Source of the DNA: Podarcis gaigeae
Lineage: Eukaryota
Length of the DNA: 64,000 nucleotides
Strand: one strand, 5' to 3'
NCBI GenBank assembly: GCA_964106915.2
Contig: OZ066914.1
Each line of letters begins with the position of its first letter. The first letter of the stretch is position 1. Under the pieces are notes generated by a model. That model saw only the letters and a list, made by a program, of their open reading frames with translations, was not told the origin of the DNA and did not search any database. Positions 53,050 through 64,000 of this stretch are shown in pieces. The translations under genes and the position numbers were made by a program.

Positions 53050-54460
53050 TTTTGGGGGAGGGCGGCGGTTAAAGGGCGGCCACGTTGCTCTGCGTCCTCT
53101 CTCCCGCCGACTGACCAGTCACCCACATGTCTCCCTTCCTCCTTCCCGCTCTCCCCTTCCCCTCAGGATCTATACGGGCTGCGACATGGACCGCCTGACC
53201 CCGTCGCCCAACGACTCCCCTCGCTCGCAGATCGTGCCGGGCGCCCGCTACGCCATGGCGGCCGCGGCGGCCGGCTCTTTCCTGCAGGACCAGTTTGTCA
53301 GCAACTACGCCAAGTCCCGCGGCTTCCACCACCACCACCATCACCACCCGGGGGCCGGCGCGGGAGCCGGCGTGGGCCCCGGAGGGCCGGTTCCGGAGCG
53401 GGGGGTGCCTCACCCCAACGGGCTGCTGTCCCCTCAGCAAGCCGAGGAGCCCGGCGCTCCCTCCCCTCAGCGTTGGTTCGTCACGCCCGCCAACAACAGG
53501 CTGGACTTCGCCGCCGCAGCGGCAGCCTCGGCCTACGACCCGGCGGGCGATTTGGCGGGAAACGCCGCCACCCTGTTGTCCTACGCGGCGGCCGGAGTCA
53601 AGGCGCTCCCGCTGCAGGCCGCCGGCTGCACTGCGCGGCCCCTCAGCTACTACCCGGACCCGTCGGGCTGGGGAGCGCGCAGCCCGCCTCAGTATTGCGC
53701 CAAGGCCTTGTCGTGCTGGCCCAACGGCGGCGGCGGCGGAGGAAGCAGCTCCCGCGCGGGGGGCAACCCCTATTTGCCCACAGGGGCCGGCGGCGGCGGC
53801 GAGGAGCCTGACAGCCTGGCTCCCCCCGAGCGCTCCCCCTTGGTTGCGCCTCCGCCGCCTCCCCCCTCGACCGGGCAGCCCCCCGAGGACTCGAAGCCCC
53901 CGAAGGACTTGTCCGACTCGAGCTGGATCGAGACGCCGTCGTCCATCAAGTCCATCGACTCGACCGACTCTGGGATTTACGAGCAGGCCAAACGCCGGCG
54001 GCTCTCCCCGGCGGGTACGCCGGCCTCCGAGAGCTCCTCGCCGCTCAAGAGCGAGCCCGCCCTGGCGCCCAGGGACTGCGACAAGACCTGCGCCAAGGAC
54101 ATCGGCTACTACGGCTTCTACTCGCACAGCTAGAGAGGCGGCTCTCTACCCCCTCAACCCCTCACCACACATACATACCCCTCCCCCTCCCCTCAACGGT
54201 TCTCCTTTCCCGCCAATTCCTTCCCGCCAAGCTTCGGCGCCTGCGCGAGAGGCTGAGCCCTTAGTTAGGCGCGTCACTCGAGCGCCTCTCTTTCTCCGGG
54301 AACCTGCGCACGCGCAGTCAAAGCACCCTCTCTTTCGCTCCCCTTCCGCTTTTTCTCACTCACGCACGCGCGTTAGGGCGCGAGCGGCACGTCGGCGCGC
54401 GGAACCCACTTTAGCTTCGCAGTCGGGGGGGGGGGGGGCAGGATCGGCACCCGCGACGAG
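53050..54460. other. CpG island over TBR1 exon 6
   Basis: Very high GC and CpG density; boundaries approximate. Confidence 0.8.
53167..54133 (+). CDS. TBR1: TBR1 coding exon 6 ([14 protein letters not shown]...YYGFYSHS*)
   Basis: Long pyrimidine tract plus cctcag acceptor; TAG stop at 54131-54133. Confidence 0.97.
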
Positions 54461-54774
54461 AAATCGTTGTTTCTCTCTCTCCATCTCTCTTTCCCATCAG
54501 AAGTGCTGATTTTAATCGCTTCGCCCCTGGAAAAAGCAAAGGGAACATAGGGAACGCTCCCCATTTCTCCCCCCCCACGTTGTTTGTACCCAGGTCCCCA
54601 AACTCCTGCAGGAAGAAGTCAGACGTTTCCTTGACCCGTATTAAGTCACTCCTATTAAGGGGTAACCCATTCGGATCAAGGCAACGAGAATCGTGACCCC
54701 GTTTATCCATCTCAACTGGTCCTTGCAGTGAAGATGGTTAAAGGCTGAGAGTGCGGATCCTAACCTTCATCCTA

Positions 54775-57090
54775 AAACTGCAGTCCTATGCATACAGCTT
54801 TGTTTGGGAGGAAACCCCTTCCTCGCCGCTCAGCCTAGGACTATTTTGTTCGGAAGTCAGTACACTGTTCTCATTTGGCTTACTCCCAAGTGACTGCGAA
54901 CTGGTCTGCATCCTGAGTTAGGATCGCCCTGGCAGTGGTTTGGATACCAACCCGCCCAGGTAACAGTTATTCTGCGGAGCACAATGGGACCTTTTTAGCG
55001 CCATGAAAGCTAATTTCTGTTATGGTTCGCACAGCGCCCTCCAGTTGCTTATCCAAATTTAATACTTTTAAGGCTGCAATCCTAAGCGTCCTTACTAAGG
55101 GTCCTGGTACTTTACTCGGCAAACGCGGCTGAAAAGACAGACTTGCCGATGGTTTTGAGTCTGCAGACTAAGCCCACCACTTTAGCCTATTTCGTAACGT
55201 TATTTCGCGCTCTCTCACTGTGAAAGAAAAAGAAAAGGGACTCAAAACTTTCTAGAAGGATGTTAGTGGATTTAGTGGGAAACTTCTTGTCCTTAGTTGA
55301 GACATAAATAGGCGCATACTTGCCTGTATTTAATATCCTGACAGATTGATTTTTAAATATTAAAAAGGCATCTTCCTCTTTTCTAATGTGAGCTGGAAGC
55401 GGATTCCCAAAACAGTGTTAAGGGAATTAAACTACAACAATGAAATGAACACAACTAGGCAGTAATTAAAGTTAATATGAATGGATCCAGAAATTCAGTT
55501 AACACTTCTGTGGAAGTAAGTTTCGCAGAAAAGGAAAGGACTCGCCGCCTATTACACTTGCATAAGAATGGTGTGTGAATTCCACTTACCTCCGTCTTTC
55601 TGGATTCTGGATTGGTGGTTTAATTGGCACCTTAGTCTCAAAGGGGTTAAGAAATTGAGTCCTTTGCGCATGATCCATACTAAACTTAAACACTTTTAAC
55701 GCCCCGTATGAGATCGTTAAGCGAATATTTCGCACATTCTCAGGGAGATGAAGGGGGGAGTGTAGTGTGTAATTTTGCATGCACTACCATTTTAGGGGAA
55801 TTTGAATTCAAGTATACGTGGCTAATTGCTACAATTTCGCAGCTGAGAAGTTATGTGACGATCGACCGTATGCTTATCTAGAAGCAGAGCCTACTGTGAA
55901 TTTGCAGTGGGACCCAATCGAATTTATAGGACTGCAATATTGGTGGGAGATGCATAATAACTTCTTTGGGAGCGATCTAGTCACGTTTACAGCGCAATCC
56001 TAGTTATACTTACTCGGGTGTAAATTTCACTCCTCCCCTCCTTTATGGAGGTGCATAGGCTGCAAAGAATAATTCGCTTAAATCCCTCTAATTGAAATCA
56101 ATGGGACTCTTTAGTTCACGATCCTATGTGCACTTACTTGGAAGTAAGACCCATTGAATTTAGCGATATTTCCTTTCGTGTAAATACGCATAGGATGTGG
56201 ATGGATGGATCTAAAGTGTGCCTACAACCCATCTATTCTCTGTTGCAGAAGTTGCACTCGGATCATGAACAGGTTGACTAGTAAATCCCACCGATTTCCA
56301 GAGTTTTCTCCGATTCTGTATCACTAGGACCGCAGTTTGCAAAGCGTTATGTGCACAGGTGGCCAAATCACAACAATGCCAACCACCACCACCAAATGTA
56401 TAATACTAATTATAAAAAGTATAAATGGGGCTTCCTTTCACATAGTGAGTGCAGTCTCGAAACAATTGTTAGGTGCTTTCAAGCCTCGTTTAATAAATCA
56501 ATAGGTCTAACAACAGCCAGAGCCTATACTCTATTCCTTAGAAAGCAACAGTACAGTCTTATACGGTGCCTATTCAGAAATAAGTCCCAAGGAGGTCAAT
56601 GAAACCTACTTTCGGGCAAGTGTGTATGTATAGGATTATAGCCGGCAAATTCCTCTTCAGTGCAAAGCATTCTAACTCCGTAATAAGCATGTTTAGGATT
56701 GCAGCATTTATAAACAGCCCCGGATTTCAATCTTGAGCGCGCTTCTCCCCGAATTTCTTTTGCTGGGCATGTTTAGGACTAGGGTACTGGAAATAAAGAT
56801 TAAGAACACGATTCAGCTCAAGGCTATTGTTTTGCACACCCTTACACGGGAGCAAATGTTTATTTGAAATCGGTGGGATTTCTGTCTTGTAGCGATGGAT
56901 ATGAGTGTGCTGTAAATTAAATCAACTGTTTAACATCCAGTTGATTCTAATGCTCGGGGAGGGGCGAGTTAAGCATGTGATTACTGGCTAAGAATGTGCT
57001 TAACTCTGTCAGTGAAATCTTTGGGATCTACGGCGTAATCCAACGCCTGGACATAAATCCTATTAAGATTTTAGTTTGTTTAGGCAGCGC
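54775..57090. repeat. Cluster of degenerate ~90-bp palindromic MITE-like elements in the TBR1 3' UTR
   Basis: Recurring gcaatccta / taggattgc ends and gaagtaag.ccca...caatggga cores; clearest at 55991-56064, 56117-56199 and 56551-56643. Confidence 0.6.
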
Positions 57091-57289
57091 TTTATAAGTG
57101 TGAGCACTCCTTCAAGAAAAGTTAGCTCAGATTAAGACCGATCTAAATGCCCACTTTTCAAGCAGATGATCAGTGAATAAATGGGGGGATTCGTTGCAAA
57201 CTTATCCCACTGATCCTCTTGATTTTAATCCATATTTATATGCACCACTATTCTTTTCTCCGTCTGCTTCCTCTGCCTGCTCTCCCTCC

Positions 57290-58115
57290 CGAGTCCATTG
57301 CTGGTTCGCCTAGAGAGGCCATTCAATTTCTCTCTCTCCCTCTCTCTCTCCATTCTCGTCGTCCCCTCACCCCGCTCCAGTTGATTTCTATTGCTGTAAA
57401 TCTTTGTAATGAACAAGCTACAACCGATAATAGACGACTGACTTGTTGGTACCCATAGTGTAGTCCAGTGAAGATGACTTCGTGAGCTGTACATTTTAAA
57501 ATTGCATTTAGTTTGGATTTTTTTAAATTTTTTAATTTAATTTATATTTTTAATGGAAAAGTAAGTACCTGAAAACAGCCTTCCTGGGGAATAATAGACT
57601 AGGTGGTGCCAGTTAAGAGTGGTTTTCTTTTATTTTAAAAGAAAAAATCCTGTTAATTCGAGCATTTAATACCTGACCGAGTCCCACCCACCCACCTAAG
57701 ACCCTTGTTGATGTAGAGTAGCCAGTCTTCGAATTTTTGTGTAGGAAATCTATACCTTTTTTAAAAAATATGGGGGTGGGAAGGGAAAGAACCTTGAAAT
57801 ATGCATCAGGCAAAATTATGTACTTTAGATTTCAATGGACAGAGGGGGGGAAAGTTCCCAAATAGAAATTCAGGGTTTTAACCGTGTGTATATTTTTTTG
57901 CTCTTCTGTAAATGATTGTTGTGATTTTTTTTTTTAAAAAACAAGCAAACAAAAAAGGAAAGAAAACAAAAACAATATTTGTTCCTGTTATGTCTGTGCA
58001 CTTGAATACTTATTTCTACAAGTTGCGAACTCCACTGGAAAAAAATGTTTTGGTTTTTCGCCCGTTTGTATTGTCTGTGTATACAACAAGCATAATAAAA
58101 CCTGGCAAAACGTTA
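57290..58115 (+). other. Conserved distal TBR1 3' UTR block
   Basis: gctgtaaatctttgtaatga...catagtgtagtccagtgaagatga and ...gtctgtgtatacaacaagcataataaaacctgg resemble the distal human TBR1 3' UTR (recalled, not aligned). Confidence 0.7.
58094..58099 (+). terminator. Probable TBR1 polyadenylation signal AATAAA
   Basis: Canonical hexamer at the end of the conserved U-rich 3' UTR block. Confidence 0.7.
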
Positions 58116-59071
58116 AGAAGGTCTTTGAACACAACACGCTGCCCTTTTAGGAAATTTCGGCAAGTCGAGCAAGGAAAGGTGTAGTAGAGGCGCCCGATCT
58201 CTGCTCCCCTCAAGTTGTTTCCTATCCCACCTCCGGCCTCTTTTTCGACATCGAAAATTAACTTGTTTTTGTCCTTCTCACTTCTACAGTCTCAGTTTTA
58301 CGTGCTGCTTCTTGGGCAAATAGCTTGGTTTCCTGCCCCGCCGCGCAAGTAATTTTTCCTGCAGTTAGGAAAAGAGTGGTGGGGTTTGATATGAATCAGG
58401 AAGTCAGTGACTTTTAGGGGAAAGTATGATTCTGATGTTGCTGCCGGATGTTTTGTTTTCTTGTCTTTAAATAGAACGCCAGGAGCCATTGAACTCAGTT
58501 GCCATTGGCTCCATCCAGCAGGATGCAGATTTTGTTGGTGGGGTAACGCTGCTTGGATAAGAGAGCGTGGTGCAAAGGTTGTTAGTGAGCAATCTGTCTC
58601 GGTTTTCCCTTCTATATCCCACTGGTTGGAAGCAGTTTCGTTCTTTTAGACTAGACTCGTCTTCTTCCACCCTTTTCCTATGCTAGAGACACGGCCGACT
58701 CCTCTGGCTCAAAAGTCTCTCCGCCCAAGGCGCTAAGAAGGCAAAAGGTGTGTCTATTTATTTCTATGCAGATTTTTGAACCACACTCAGAAAGCATCTG
58801 AAAAGGCCCGGACCCGTCTCCTTCCTTCCATTGCGCATCCCCTTCCGAGAGTTATAAATATCCTCAACTTGAGGCTATCATGCTGCTTCACCGATTAGCA
58901 AACCTACCTGGTTTCCTAGATTTCAGGCCACCTGAATACTCCCAGGAACTATTCGTCTTATATAAACCAGAAAACTCTAACATTTGTGGAAATATATATA
59001 ATCAAAGATGTAAACAGAACCTCGAGCGAGTCAGACTCCGGCTGCTGGGTAGTTTCCAGCGATGCTACGAC

Positions 59072-59088
59072 TGGCCACTAGGCGGCTC
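59072..59088 (+). promoter_or_regulatory. Candidate CTCF site downstream of TBR1
   Basis: TGGCCACTAGGCGGCTC closely matches the CTCF core CCAC/GYAGG/AKGGCR. Confidence 0.5.
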
Positions 59089-60018
59089 TGCATGGTTAAT
59101 ATAGCTAGTTTGTCACGAAGCGCAGGATGTTATTACTGTTAATGAAAGGCCATATTTAAATAGAGGAACAGTGGAACACTCTCTCCACACCCTGCTTAAA
59201 AATGTGTTGTATTATTTACCAGAGGCCAGGTATTCTAAACCGCCACAGATATTTCAGGAAAGTATTTTCTGCAGTCCAGAAGCGACAGCAAACAGGGAGC
59301 GCCACAGCTGTTTAGAATTATACCGTTGCAGTTGTTACATTATTAACAATGAATTATATTCAGCAATTCGCTTAACTGCTATTGTTGATACATATTTTGT
59401 GGTCGTCTAGCCATCTCTCAAGGGCAAAGCACAATTTGTGATAGGATCTCTCTCACACAGCATTCTTAAATTGCACATCGCTTGAACTTAATAAATCCTA
59501 TTGCAGCAGGTGACTCATGGTGCGCAAAAGCACTACGAGGCTTTATCTTGTATGCCCTTACGAGGAAGTAAGTGACCTTTGTTCCACTTTGTCAATAAGC
59601 ACAGAGGAAGTGGCTTTTATAAAATGCGCCTCGTTCTTCCTGGTCTGAAGCGCTTGTCGGAATCCAGGCTCACTCTCGTTCAAACACTCCGGCTCTCCAA
59701 ATTGCAGGCCACACGCTGGAAGAGGTGGTAGCGGTGGTGGTGAGGTGGCTGCCTGCTTTGTTAGTGACGCTGGCATTGCGGGCAGCCTTAAGGAGGAAAA
59801 GCAGGAGCCTTTGGGGTTCTGATTTGTTGTTGTTAACAAATCCAAACTAACAAGATGCACTTATTTAGTGCAACAGATGTTCTGATTCAAATCAGACGTG
59901 TTTGTGGTAGTATATGGTAGCCTGTTGCAGCAAATGTGCCTAGTGTTGCCATTTGCTGTTTGGAGAGTAATGCCCAAATGAAATTCATACCTTGAGGGAG
60001 GCACACAAGAGAGAATAG

Positions 60019-60247
60019 TTCTAGTTACAGGTAGGTAGCTGTGTTGGTCTGCCCTAATCGAAACAAAATAAAAAACAAAAAAAATTCCTTCCAGTAGCAC
60101 CTTAGAGACCAACTAAGTTTGTTATTGGTATGAGCTTTTGTGTACATGTATATGAAGAAGTGTGCATGCACACAAAAGCTCATACTAATAACAAACTTAG
60201 TTGGTCTCTAAGGTGCTACTGAATTTTTTTTATTTTTTATTTTGTTT
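60019..60247. mobile_element. Penelope-like fold-back insertion with 13-bp TSD
   Basis: cagtagcaccttagagaccaactaag / cttagttggtctctaaggtgctactg inverted arms typical of reptile Penelope relics; TSD caagagagaatag at 60006-60018 and 60248-60260. Confidence 0.8.
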
Positions 60248-62264
60248 CAAGAGAGAATAGGTCCACCTTTAAGAATGAGTACATGATTGTTATATAACAA
60301 ATGTTTATCTTTGTTAATGAGTAAAATAACTGCTACAATGAATGGTTGCACAGCATCTTGAAATCCATTTTTGTCTGAGACTTGGTGTTTTTCGTTGTTT
60401 TCTTGTTACTGTTTTTAAAATGAAAGGAGTGCGGCTTCAAAGGCCGGCGCAGTCAGTTCTCCTGCTCCTCCTTTTTCTTAGCTATAGACCTGAATCCAAA
60501 GCAAATTGCCCTTAACTGGCTTTTCTCCGAATAAGAGCTCTGTGCTCTGGGCAGAGAAGAGTGCTTAAAAATAAATAAACGGGGCGGTGGGGGGCGGTGG
60601 CGGCCGTTTATTTCAAGGAGTTGGGCGGATTCAGATCAGGAAGGACCAGCGAATAAGAACGGGGAGAGGAGGGCAAAGAAAGAGAGTTGCCCACTTTTTG
60701 CGAGTGCTCCAAAATGTCTGGCTAGGAGGAATCTTCCCAAGGCAAATAATATGGGGCTGAGGGAGATGTCTTTTCGCTGCGGCAAGATAAAGAGACGCAG
60801 ACCTGATATTTCCCTCGTCTTGAAATGTTGCTCTCCTAAACTTCCGGGGGAGGATGGCAGCTGTCTTGCGAAATATGCATCACAGTGCAAGCTGTAGGGC
60901 AACAATTGGAAAGGGTCCTTGGCCTCCTGCTACACACAGGCCTAGAGGGTGTTGTGCTGATCCACCTGGCTTGTCCTTTTCCCCGGGCAAATGTCCTTTC
61001 CTCACCCCAGTTCAGCTGGAGGTAGTTGGATTTTTGTTGTTGTTGTTGCTCAGCTGGGTTGTATATCACAGGAACCTTTGAATTAGAAGGTACCCCAGAT
61101 TCCCTATACACCTAACATCGGTTAAACCAGTGCTTCTCGAACTATCTGACGTGGTGGCAATTTCCCACACCCCTGTGTGCCAGGGCCGCTACTGTATTTG
61201 GTCCCTGGAGCGTCCCAGCCAACCCGAGCTGTGGTGGAATCGCCAAGGACAGCGGGGGAAAGTTCATAAACCGGTACTGATCCGCAGACCAGCATTTCGA
61301 GTAAGCATTGCGTCAAACTATATATTAACCTTAGACAACCAGCTGCTCTCTCAAGGACAGAATTTGTGCCCTTGTGCATTGCCGACTTTGCACCGGCCAG
61401 AAAGGGTCTATTCTTTGCCTAAAGAAGAATTTCAGGACCCGGGACAGCGCAGTGCCACACGCAATGGGTGTTAAAACAGCTAGGCGAAATTAGTGCACCG
61501 CTCCGCCAGTCTCTTTAGACCAGTAACCCGTTTCACTGTGTTTTAGAAGCAATTCCACCCCTTCCTTTTAATTTCGAAGCCAGAGAAGTATCCTGCCAAG
61601 TTCCCGCAGATCCTGGAGGCTTCACGGCAATTTCTATCTGGGAAGGGACGATTCTTAACTTTCTGGTCTGTTACTAGGCGGATAGAAAGCCTAGAAAGGG
61701 CTGAAGTGTTGGGTCACGGGATAGAATTAAACAACATAAACGCAGGGGGGTGGCGATCTTGCCAGCAATAAAGGTCCTACCAACTTTTTTTATACAGTAT
61801 ATAAAAAAATCCAATGGTTACAATAATAAGCTTTGTAAATCTGTGGAACATCCCTATGTCAGAAAAGAATTATTTTGAGTATGTAATCAGTCCACTGGCG
61901 TATAGCCCTCTCATATCCAATCTCTTGTTAAACAGAACCTAAATCGGGGTTTCTGCCTTTTCAAAACAAAAACTCACCCCGAGTTCAAGCAGCGTTTCCG
62001 CTTTCAGCAGAAGAGCAAGACTGTTTACGGGGAATGGCTGAAAGAGACACCAGCATACTAGAAAGAATTGCTGGGTAAGTAAATTACGCCTAATGAGTTG
62101 GCAGCAGCTGCTGGGCTAGGAGAGTTTATAGACTTCTGTTTAGATTGTCGATTTGTGTGTGACCTTAATTGTACAGGTGTACAAAACGTTACATTGGCAA
62201 TTGTCAAGTGCTTGTATTATTTTTATTTTCCACTACTTTTTATGCACATCTGTTATTTCCTGAT

Positions 62265-62450
62265 AACAACTGCCTATACACACCTCGGAATGAGTCCAAA
62301 TGAACTCAGTCGGACTTATTTCTCTGTAGTGGCTTAGAGGATTGTAGTGCAGGGCGGCGATCCTATGCACATTAACCTGAAAGCCTCCACCCCCCAAATA
62401 GATTTTAATGGCACTTCCTCCCTAGTAAATGTGCAGGGGCTTGCAACTCG
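62265..62450. mobile_element. Two adjacent degenerate ~90-bp palindromic MITE-like copies
   Basis: gagtccaaatgaactcagtcggacttatt...aggattg and gatcctatgcac...gtaaatgtgca patterns. Confidence 0.5.
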
Positions 62451-63451
62451 AGTATGAGCAGTTTTCAAATTTACTTATTCCTGCACTTAGTCCATTCATA
62501 TCCCGAATGCCCAGCCCCAATGAGTATTAAAATATATAGACGTGGCTATGCCTGCTTGGTGAATGCAAAGCCGGAGATGTGTCCGGAATTTCCGAGGCAA
62601 GAAACAGATCCCTTGGATTTTGCCTAAAACTGCCTGAACAGAACTCAGTCCGGGCTCAGTTTGATTTATTGTCCAACTGTTCCGGGGTAGGGGGTGCGTG
62701 GGTGGGGTGATGTTCAACCCCCCCCCCCACAGGACTAAAATAAACTAAAGCAGAGACACCGCCTGAAACTGACAAGGCCCCCTCGCAAAACAAACAGCTG
62801 CAAGTAGTGACGGGCTTTCTGGATCTCATTTCACGTGAATAATGCTCTTACACGTCTAAGGCTCTCTCACACACATCGGCCCTTGTGCGTCTTGGAGAAG
62901 AACCCGCATATTTTTGGAAGGCTTTTTGAATCACCGATGAAAGAGGCGAAGTGATGCTCTTGAATGTCGGCGTCTTGGGTGGGAGAGAAGGAGGGGCAGG
63001 AGGCTACGTTTGACAGACCATTGACATCTACCGGTGAAAGGGCGGTGACTGCTGGTAGCAAGGAGAGAGTGGGGGAGAGAGTGGGGGGGGGGAAGAGAAA
63101 GATATATTTGGCACTGTTTAAAGCAGCCCTTTTTGTCCCCTGCCCCCGCCGCCCCTTCCGTCAGCCTTACCACGGATTATGCGCTTCCTACCCAGCCCTG
63201 TTCTCTCGATCCTTCTGATGCGATTCCTCACAGAATCTGTAAATCAGATGCGAAGTTACCTAGGGAAGAAGAACGAGGGTGACCTTTGAGTCGTGCTCCT
63301 GTTATCGATACGGGCCTCTTTCCTTGCACTTAAAATGGGAGCCCCGAGTGGCTCATTTCCTGCGCCTTTAACAGCAAAGCATATAGACAAAAGACATTGG
63401 CCGTGTTTTGGGGGGTGTCTGGGGGGAGAGTGATGTAGTTAAGAGAGAGAA

Positions 63452-63484
63452 AGAAGGAAGGAAGGAAGGAAGGAAGGAAGGAAG
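63452..63484. repeat. (GGAA)n microsatellite
   Basis: Directly visible. Confidence 0.9.
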
Positions 63485-64000
63485 AGAGAGTTGAAGGTAT
63501 ACCGTTTGGCATTACTCTGTTGGCTTGTGGTCTACTGGACTACTCAAATGACACAGCCTGAGCTGCAGCGAGCAGGGTCCGTACCACAGGCAAGGATGGC
63601 TAGTATGTTTGCTTATACACTTACTTAAAGAATTTGCTTCTCATCCCTTACCCAAGAAGGCTCTCAGAGATTTACAGACCTTAAGGCCCACAATCTAAAA
63701 CAACATGACACAGAAGGGAAAAGGTTCGGGAGGGAGGAGGAGGAGGCAAGAAAGCTCAAGCCCCAGTTAAGTTAGAAGATATTCAGATATTATCATGACA
63801 CCTCCAGCTCTCTGAAATTAGGAGAGTCTTAGCTCTGGAGGAAGTTGAATAGATGCTTTTCTAGCTTGGCGTCGGAAATAGGTCTCTCGTTCCTAATAAT
63901 TCTCATTTCTATTAATTAATTATTAATAATTAATTAATTAACAATTACCTGCACCCCAGTCCTATGGACATTTGCTCGGGAGTAGGCCCCGCGGTGTAAG

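Noticed and set aside
52910-53166. In-frame 5' extension of the exon 6 ORF
   Set aside because: Non-ATG start, intronic, ends in the polypyrimidine tract of the true acceptor
53069-54127. 352-aa antisense ORF and long alternative-frame ORFs (52945-53811, 53295-54509) over TBR1 exon 6
   Set aside because: Expected shadow ORFs of very GC-rich coding DNA; low-complexity Arg/Gly/Pro products with no recognisable domain
54775-57090. CRISPR-like repeat-spacer interpretation of the hairpin cluster
   Set aside because: Eukaryotic locus, units highly diverged and irregularly spaced, no cas genes; a dispersed MITE family explains it
57325-57380. Pyrimidine tract plus CAG suggesting an intron in the TBR1 3' UTR
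   Set aside because: Recalled human UTR similarity extends upstream through this tract, no strong paired donor was found, and such an intron would predict NMD; needs RNA evidence

Overview
Vertebrate genomic DNA from a squamate reptile, most likely a lacertid lizard (inferred from a Sauria SINE and squamate-type L2, CR1, Penelope and MITE repeats). The window holds the conserved PSMD14-TBR1 block, both genes on +. It contains the last nine coding exons of PSMD14 (Rpn11/POH1 JAMM deubiquitinase; 11-33485; the first coding exon lies upstream of the window) and the complete six-exon TBR1 gene (CDS 42828-54133, 785 aa, GC-AG second intron, probable poly(A) signal at 58094). Introns and intergenic DNA carry many TE relics, several probable conserved non-coding elements and two assembly gaps. 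I found no convincing wholly new biological system. The best leads are: (1) a near-perfect 150-bp palindrome 22 nt downstream of the PSMD14 catalytic exon; (2) extensive homopolymer expansion of TBR1, including Ala20 and His7; (3) a dense run of degenerate ~90-bp hairpin elements inflating the TBR1 3' UTR; (4) a 19-codon uORF in the TBR1 leader that looks conserved; (5) a Penelope-derived fold-back insertion with a decayed hammerhead ribozyme core. Comparisons with human sequences are from memory and need confirming by alignment.
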